A stretch of 64,000 nucleotides of DNA, from contig CM068747.1 in assembly GCA_035084275.1 (NCBI GenBank), positions 7,254,001-7,318,000 on the forward strand. Reading direction: 5' to 3'. This DNA comes from Hydrolagus colliei. Taxonomy: Eukaryota. Positions 39,218-64,000 of the stretch are shown in pieces. The translations under genes were made by a program, and so were the position numbers. A model generated the notes under the pieces. The model was not told the DNA's origin, did no database searches, and saw nothing but the letters and a program-made list of their open reading frames with translations. Position 1 is the first letter of the stretch. The number at the start of each line of letters is the position of its first letter.

Positions 39218-42200
39218 ATATTTAAGGGCTGAGTGCTGGAATGAGAGCTCAGCTGCCTTCACCAATGTCAAAATTGTGTCAGTCCTCTGTGCTAGTCTCT
39301 CAGTAATGTGATGCATACTAATGACATGTTTTGAATTATATTTCCTATCCACAATACCAAAATTAGTCAAAGGAGGTCCACTTTTCATCACTTATTGAAA
39401 GATTATAAGGTGGCTATCACACAACTGAGCTAATTGAATATGGTAGCAGTTCACAAGAATTTTATGTTATGGGATGCAAGACTATCCTTATGCAGCTAAA
39501 CCTAAACCTATCCTTATCCAGCAATCAAAACGTGTTTCACGTCTTTATGCTAAATATAGATAATTCAAGGACTTTATCTCAAAACAATCTATTAAACTTG
39601 GGCATTTCCCCCATAGGGATTTTTTTTAACATAGTGCATTACTAAATCACTTCCATTAGTAACAGAAAAGTTCGCCCAAAGTTATAAGCTAATTTTACTG
39701 CACAGTTTGCTGATTAAATTATTATATGCTAATGCAATTATTATATGAAACACCAAGATGACTGATTCGACAGATAAAGCATGACTTTCAGGAGGTCCAC
39801 CTACTAATTTTATTTGCCATTGATTGTACTATAGAATCATTACAATTTTAAACGTATTGGAAAACCTTTATCCCTGTTGTTTTGTGCTGAGTAGGATTTG
39901 TGGGGGGTGGGGTGGGACTGGGTGGGAGACAGGCAGAAGGAGAAAGATAATGAAACGAAAGAAAATTCCAGAGATTAACCCGAGACCATAATCCTTTCCT
40001 CAGAGAACATTCATTTTATCTGAATAACAAAAGTAGGATTTAATTCTGAAAGATAGGAATCTGACTTACATATTCAATCTTTAATTGATACTTGGTACAA
40101 GAAATCTATAAATATTAGGAAATGCGATACCCTGTGTGAGGATTGTTCCATCAATGCTTTATAGCTAGAAGTGAGAGTGTATTAGTGAGAGTGAGAGTGA
40201 GGAGGTGGCTATTATGGGCACCTATATTTCGGATACGAGACCATTCCCCCCCACCATTATTTGTGAACATTCCATCCATTCACCCTTAGGTGCCAAAACT
40301 CAGGGAAATCCTCGCCCACCCCTCCCCCAAGGGCCCTCATTTAGTTTTTTTTATTGCCTAATACCATGAATTTAAATTGTTTAGATTTGCTGCTTTTCCA
40401 TATTCTCTCCCAATACTTTTTAAATTCTTAATTTTGCAATGCGATCGCGTTGATTTTACATTGTGCTCAGTTTGTAACACTTTAGACTGAGCCAGGTGGT
40501 TAAAATTGATTAGAAGCATCTTCTGAGCCAAGACTTGTATTTTTTGGTGTTTTCATCGTGTACAACAACAACAAAATTACATTACTAGAGCGCCTTTCAC
40601 ATCAGTGTTTTCATGTAAATGTGGTTCTAAAGTACATTTATAACATCTTCATGCCTTGATGCACAAAAATAGGTTTAAGATTACTCTGATCGTATCTGGA
40701 ACCATGTATATCATCCAAGTGTCATCCAAGGCTGAAAAGATTACCATTATTCTGCAGACTAATTTAGAACTGAACAGGGAAGCTAAGAAGCACTTTAGAA
40801 GTTTAGTTGATTTGATATACAGTAATTTTGTTTTTAAAATGTGTTTCTGTTTAGCTCAGATTGATTTCAGTGGGCACAAGGCTAGAAAATTGCACATTTT
40901 TGTTTGCGTCTAACCTCTAGGATAAGAACAGATTCCAGCCCATCTCACAACTTGAGTTTGCAGACACTGCAGGGAGGGACTGTTTTGTCGATACTTGTTC
41001 AGATGAGACATTTAAATCAAGTTTATCTGTTCTTCAGTTGTATATTTAAGATCGCATAACATTTCTAAAGGAGAAGTACATTTTCCCCCGCTTACAATCC
41101 CTCAACATTAAGGTTATTGATCATAACCATTTGTACAACCTGTACCTAAAACAAAAACATGCTTTGACAGATTGTGAAGCACTTTCAATTATTTGGCATG
41201 GAAAGACAATAAATGCAAGTCTACAATTTATTTTTTCCACGAAACATCCAATTATAAATGTGATTGACCACTAGTTAGCCTTTGTCTACTTGAATCTTTG
41301 ACCTCTATATAGTTTGCTTCTGTACATAATGCATTGAAGCATACAGGCTGAATCACCTTGATTAAACAGCCATCTGTATCGAGATTATCTTTAGGTCAAG
41401 CTTGCACAGAAGAAGTTATTCTGTGGAAACATATATTTAGAAATATTGCTAAAGTATGTCAGAGAAACCTTAAATATGACATAGATATAAAATAGTTCTA
41501 AGATAACTGAAAATAATTTGCAAGTGGAATGACTTGTTTGTACTCATTTTGACAGAAGTGAAATGTCAGTTGGGTTTCTTTATTGACTATAGATTTTCAC
41601 CGCGAATTCTACTAAAACCACCAACGATATAGTGGCTTGTTTAAGATTTATTCGTTTTGTAACCTTCAGAATAAATCATTCATGCAAAAGCATTTGTGGA
41701 CATTCTTAAAAACTTAACAACCATTTTTGAGAGGTTAAGCAGAATTTAATAATCCCCAAATATCAAAGAATAATAATAATAATCCTTGTATTTGATATAT
41801 ATAGTTCCTTACCGTGTCTTCGAGATGTCTCAAAGCGCTTCACAGAATATACTGTATATTGCGTGTATATTTTGTGGGAAAAATACATTGATGTCTAGCA
41901 ATATCCTGTCTTATGCAGTTATATTTTTCATTCAAATCAACAATTTTATGATTTGTATTGTGTCATGCTTGATTCATTAAAGGGCAGCCATGTGACAAGA
42001 AATTAAACACTCAACTTTTTGTCAGTGTATCATGAAACCAACTTGTATAAAACCAACTTCGTACGGTTCTTGAAAAGTGACTTTCCTCTCTTATTCCCCC
42101 CAGCCCTTTCCTAACTTCACCCCAAATTCTAGATTTAAATGCTCCATTTTATACGATGAAGCCCTACCATTTTTTAAAACATTTTGGCTAAAGTGATTTC

Positions 42201-43325
42201 TGAGCATAACAACCTGCAGGCCAAAAACTAAAATATCTTCATAGCAGAAAACCCTGGAGCACTTGGCAAAAATGTTCCCTCGACTGGAAGAGCAATAGTT
42301 TAGAGATCTGTTGAAATTTTCTGGCTGCAGTATCACTGTCCACCAAAGCAAAAGTGAAAGAATGTGTATTATATGCAAAAGTATTTAACAAAGGCAAATA
42401 TAATTCTTTAGGGGAAATTTCTCATACATTTGGTAGTATCAATTCTGTTATAAAAAAATCAGCATAATTTTGAAGAGTTACTCTAATCCAGCGATAACGT
42501 TAATTAAATTGGAATGTATCTAAACACTCCCATCTTGTTTTGAAATTTAATGTATTAAATAAAATTTGTTACATTTGGTGTGCTAATGGCAACTGCATCA
42601 TTGTTCGTTAGAATTGCATTCCCTACATCTCATCTTCATGCCATATTCATATCTTCCTAATCTGCTCATGGCCTTTTTGAAGCTGACACTAATCTTCCCT
42701 GCGCTGCCCATCTGTTTCCAAAGTCCTGAAACATTTCTTCTCCGGTACAAATATAGCCACATCAAAAATCATTAACCACTTCTGATGGCTAAGACATATG
42801 CATGTCTCACACTGAGATTAAAGATTTTTCGATTTTTAATAAACAGTGGACAACCATTTTGTTTGCACTGCGTCCTGGTCATTCATGGCAATAGTTAGAT
42901 AAGTAAGTTAAACCATAGCATCACAGGTAGGAGTTTCAAGCTTTTGTCTATCATAATCTAATGGAGGAAGGAGGAAGAGGTTGTGAAAGAGGGAGGGAAT
43001 CCTTGTGTTTTTTTCAGATACATTTATCCAGACTTGCTCGAAGCAGTAAAGTCTATGCTTTCCGGAGCATGGATAGTAACTAAGAATTGGACTTGTGGAT
43101 TCATGTAATTAGCAATCAAAACAAGTTTTTGGCTTGAAGGAACTTTCAAAACTAAGCATAATACCTAGATTGAGCGGGCATCGTTCTAAAGTGGCAAAAT
43201 GTATTTTTATGTATAAGCGAAGTATCTGAACCATGAGCAACATCTTAAGTTCTAACTTTAGAACTGTGTGTCTCCCATATGTTTCTTGTGAGTACTAATG
43301 ATTTTGCTTTGTGTTTGTCATGCAG

Positions 43326-43387
43326 GTCTGTCTCTGACTCGCATCATTTCCGTTGGAATACCTTGATACTGTAATATTGACACCACT
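43326..43387 (+). other. PCBP3: 5' UTR part of the start-codon exon
   Basis: Acceptor tttgtgtttgtcatgcag| preceded by a TACTAAT branch-like motif; implies upstream non-coding exon(s). Confidence 0.75.
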
Positions 43388-59766
<16,379 letters not shown>

Positions 59767-61984
59767 GTACGTACCCACTGTGCCCTATTCAGCTCCTTTT
59801 CTTGGCACCTCTCTTTCTTCTCTGTGTTTCTCTCTTAGTTTATGTTTTTATTTTTTTTGGAATGGATATATATTCTGTGTTTCAGGTTTAAACTAAATGT
59901 TTAAATAATAAATTGTAAGATAATATGTTTCTGTGTTAAGCTGGTACCATAGTGTACTTTGTTCCAGTGGAAGGAAGTCGATGTGTAATTTTGGTGTGGC
60001 TCAGTTTCTTGTGGTTTTATGTATCTTGGTTAACTCCAACAGCCTCCATTTCCTCTTCAATCTCAATGCGATGGACAATCCTGAGATATTAAATTAATTT
60101 TCCCATGTCAATACATACAGAACTGCACCAAAGATAAAATATGCAATAGTCTTCAGGTTTGAACAAGCAATTTGAAGTGCAGAAAATTGCTTTGATCTTT
60201 AAAATAACATGATCTTTTAACAGGTCTTCAACATCCATGCAACTGAGAATTGGAAAATTAGTTTTAAATTTAGTATAAAATATTCGATAATCCTTTCATG
60301 ATTATCCTAATTGTAATCTGCAGCATTGTACATCAAAATATGTTTTTGATGCTTTTCACAAACTATTCAGTATTCTACATTTACTCTGTGTGAAGCAACT
60401 TTACTTGGATAGAATGATACCGAATAATGGAATGATAAAGTTTATGCTGGTTTGACAGCAGGGACAAAGCACATGGACAGTACTTCAGCTCAAACCTTGT
60501 CACTCTCACTTCTACATCACTTTCGCAAGAATTTCATTTTTCAAACCATAAAATTAAGAATAACAATTCAGAGAAATAGCCCATCCTACTGGACATTCAG
60601 AAAATGGATCTGCATAGGGGACCACAGTTATCTCCAATTGGAAGATCATTCTCTCAACTAGACATTGTAAATGTGCTTTACAACTTGGGGCTAGACAGGA
60701 TGGGAAAATACGTACCCGTAAGCATATTGTCAACCACTGACCAAAATTGATAACACCTATTAAAGAAGTACAAAGCCCCAGACATCTGATTTAATTGCAG
60801 AAGCATCTTGTCATGAGAAAATATTGATTATATAAGAAAATGTCAAAAAAAAAGCCAGTCCACATCACTGAAATTGAATATAGCATGCTTATATTTTATG
60901 TGAAACCATTTGATTAGTCTTCAGACCTGTGAACAGGAGGTTCTTTTGCAGTTTCCAGTGGTACACAGGAAATCTTAAATCCACTTTAGAAATGCAGCAG
61001 GTCAAAGGAACAAGGTGAAGGTTTGATAGCATTGTAGAATTGGAAAGCCATTACCATTAGACAACCATTGACCAGTTTCAGGTGTTCAATTGGAGTGATA
61101 TTAAATGATATTTCAGCATATGTACAATTCTAAATCAATTTGTAGAGTATGCTTGGTGAAGAAATGACCTGAATTGAATTAACCATACAGTCGTGTTGGG
61201 ATGGAATTTAACTCTGCTCTAAATGTACATCTCGAGGGAGCAGATAACAATAACCATAATATCAAATCTAAAATATAGATCAGTCATAATACTCTGCACA
61301 TTGATATCCTTCTAAGTCCATTGGAACAGGATTTTTAACAACAAGATTGTATTGTGAGTGGAGTTGAAGGTGGGAGTACAGTATATGTATATGCTGCAGT
61401 ATTTGATATTTATTGCAACAGTCTTAGTGTAACACGATTTTCACAAGTAAGATTTTATTCAGGGATTCAGCGAATATTTATGATGAGTACAAAAAGCTCA
61501 CCTTCACTAACCTACTCTTTGGATTGCTACTCTTTTGATAACTGATGCTCGAAAGCTGGTGAGAACATGGAAGAATTCTACCTGTTTTTGATAATTAAAT
61601 CAACATGTAGTGACTGCTGGACTCTTACTGAACATCACATGGAACAAGCCTATTAATTTATTACTGTGCTCCATTCTCCCCCACCCCTCTTGAAGCTGGT
61701 GTCTATTTCTGACAAATATCATCTAATGAAACTAATATGATTAGAGATGAATTAGCAGCATCACAAATGGACTACAGGTGAAAGGGAGGCTAAGTAGATA
61801 TTAATCTCCACATAGCCTGGAGCAATAGCAAATTGAAGAAGAATCATAAGATCACTCATAGGGCTGGTCTGCATAAACGGTTAGAAATAGGAGGTACTCT
61901 GTCCAATTGTAGCTGCAGTTTTATTTTTCTATTATTAAGAAGCAGAATGGGGTAGGGGAGAGGTGGCCAAAGATACGGTCACAT

Positions 61985-63165
61985 AAATTGGTTTTTAGAT
62001 GGGTTTGAAAGTCAAGAGAGGTCAAGGTAAATTTGGGGGGTCAGTGGAGGGATTTTGGCAAATGGCTGAAAGCTTGTTTTCAAGTAGTAAATAAAGTGGT
62101 GAGCAAGGTAGAAAGCAAAAGATCATAGATGTAGAATGGGCAACACCATGTATGCATTGCAAGCTATAAATCTTAAAGTAATATTTAAATTAATCTGCTG
62201 GGGGCTAGGGAAATCCCATTAGAGATTAGTGTGAGAGACAATGAGATACTTCAGAGTTCTGCAACTTTTGAAGGGTAGATATTTGTAAATCATTATTGGG
62301 CATTGGAAAAGTTTAGTCCACTCATCAACTGGCCTTGAGTTGGAGGTTCAACAAAATTCTGTGGTTCTGCACAGGCTCTGATTTTGTATTGAAAGTTTAG
62401 GAAGACTGATACAGTCAATGCTTGAGATGAGCAGGCAATGGAGGGAACCAAAGAGGATAATCTTAGTTTTGTTGGCATTCTTGGAGTCCTGCAGCTCAGT
62501 TAGAGCACTTGCTTCATAAACAAGAGAACTGGGTTCTATTCCTGTTTGGGAAAGTTTCCCTACTTCACACGCCTCTGTTTACCTAGCAGTAAGTAGGAAC
62601 CCAGTTGTTAGTCGATTGGCGGTTCGCTTTTTCGGAGGTAATAATTCCCTCAAAACAAAATAATAATAAATATTGGTCACTTCAATCTACAACTGTGGGA
62701 CATTGCTGTGTGCAATTGGCTGCTGCATTTTGCCCACAAAATATACAATCAATTCACTTTACATTATATATTTTTTGAGATGTCTCGAAAAAGTAATAAG
62801 GAGCAATATCAAATGCAAGGATTATTATTCTGCTTGAGATGCTTACAGCATATCTACGATTTGAGAACAAGGAGTGTGTATGATTGGAGGCAGGAAGATA
62901 GAGCTGGGTGCATTCACGTACTTGTGGGAGTGACTCAATGTCTGTGGATGACGTTGAGAGGAGGTTGTAGAGGAAAATGAGAGGACTGAAGATAGAGCCC
63001 TGACTATACCAGATGCGGAAACGGTTAGAGAAGATGGATGAAGAAGGGATAGGTAGGAGTGAAAGTAGGAAAGTGCATAGCCACATAGGCACATCAGGGA
63101 GGAGAGACTGGAGAAGAATGGAGTAGTTGGAAGACAGATCAGGTAGGTACACGGACTCCTGGTCA
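61985..63165 (-). mobile_element. Degraded L2 LINE RT fragment hosting a SINE
   Basis: ORF 62754..63152(-) QGSIFSPLIF...TQLYL motifs; colinear with the 19343-21375 copy. Confidence 0.7.
62482..62828 (+). mobile_element. Same SINE family, full length, inserted in an L2
   Basis: tRNA-like head, body CACGCCTCTGTTTACCTAGCAGTAAGTAGGAACCCAG, tail TCAAATGCAAGGATTATTATT. Confidence 0.85.
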
Positions 63166-64000
63166 CAGATGGGGAATATGGGAAAGTATTTCTTGTTTAA
63201 GCAGACAGCTATCTGCCATTCTTGTCACGGCCATGGTGCTCTTGACACATGAGAATATACATCACCTCTCATTGTAACGAGAATACCTTCCTCCCTAAAA
63301 ACAATTATCCGGAAACTTTTTCAATATCTATAATATACATTCTAAAAACATTTTATAAATGAATTTATAGAACATCTAGAAAAATAAAATTATTTCTTGA
63401 ATCCGCCAGATATTCACTGAATGACCTAACAAATTTTAGCCTATTTATTTTTCATTTGGCGTGAAATTTCTGTGGAATCATTACATTTAAAGAAAAACTT
63501 TTTACCTCACTTATCTCTTTTGGTAAATTTTAATATTGCTTGACATAATGATCTTTCCCCCAGTAGAAAATAAGTGACATAAGAAATCACTACATCAAAA
63601 TTCTAATGAAGTTTCATAACAGATCTTGCTGTAATTTTGCACGTTTTACCAGTTTCCTCTAGTTGACTCAGGTAACTGAACACATCATATATTTAATTGA
63701 AGAAAGTGAACATGGGCATACTGGTTAAAATGAGTTGTCAGGGATAAATTATGTATATTTACAGATGAGACCTCAGACCAACTCATTTGTATACCATCTG
63801 TTATACTGAACAAGATCCATGAAAGGGAAGCAGTCAACTAAAATCATTTGATACTGTTCGTGAGACACCATTGAGATTAGACAATCTTAATGACATAAAT
63901 TGAAAAGTAGAGTGAAAATGTTAATTTAATTTACTCCATACAGATCCCCAGTCATAATAAAAAATAGTAATTTGAGCGCATACTATTAATGACCCTTTTT

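Noticed and set aside
42888-42908. Consensus donor GTAAGT after a tiny ORF (MAIVR-stop)
   Set aside because: No supporting acceptor or promoter; a single motif is insufficient
60130-60146. 17-nt perfect complement of the exon 3 pyrimidine tract (47519-47535)
   Set aside because: Very AT-rich; such matches are plausible by chance in 64 kb and there is no flanking support
59940-64000. Expected PCBP3 KH3 exons (HELTIPND..., LIGCIIGRQG)
   Set aside because: Not found by eye; presumed to lie downstream of the window

Overview
AT-rich vertebrate genomic DNA, most likely from a cartilaginous fish and possibly a chimaera; this is inferred from shark-type CR1 tails, L2 LINEs, DeuSINE-like elements and an abundant tRNA-derived SINE. 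The one host gene, on the + strand, is a poly(rC)-binding protein best matching PCBP3. Nine coding exons between 43388 and 59766 give 233 aa covering KH1, KH2 and the linker; I did not find the KH3 exons, which presumably lie beyond the window. The first ~43 kb is most likely 5'-UTR intron with a few candidate non-coding exons and a candidate internal promoter. It is crowded with L2/CR1 fragments, SINEs, Tigger-like and hAT MITEs, and a deleted hAT-type transposon with a 6-bp TSD. The most interesting signals concern PCBP3 RNA processing: complementary intronic boxes bracketing exons 3-5, C-rich 3' splice sites plus a competing stop-introducing acceptor (possible autoregulation), an alternative 5' splice extension, a NAGNAG acceptor, and a possible intronic-polyA isoform ending in a hydrophobic tail. 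Family names come from recalled sequences, not database searches; repeat boundaries without TSDs are approximate.
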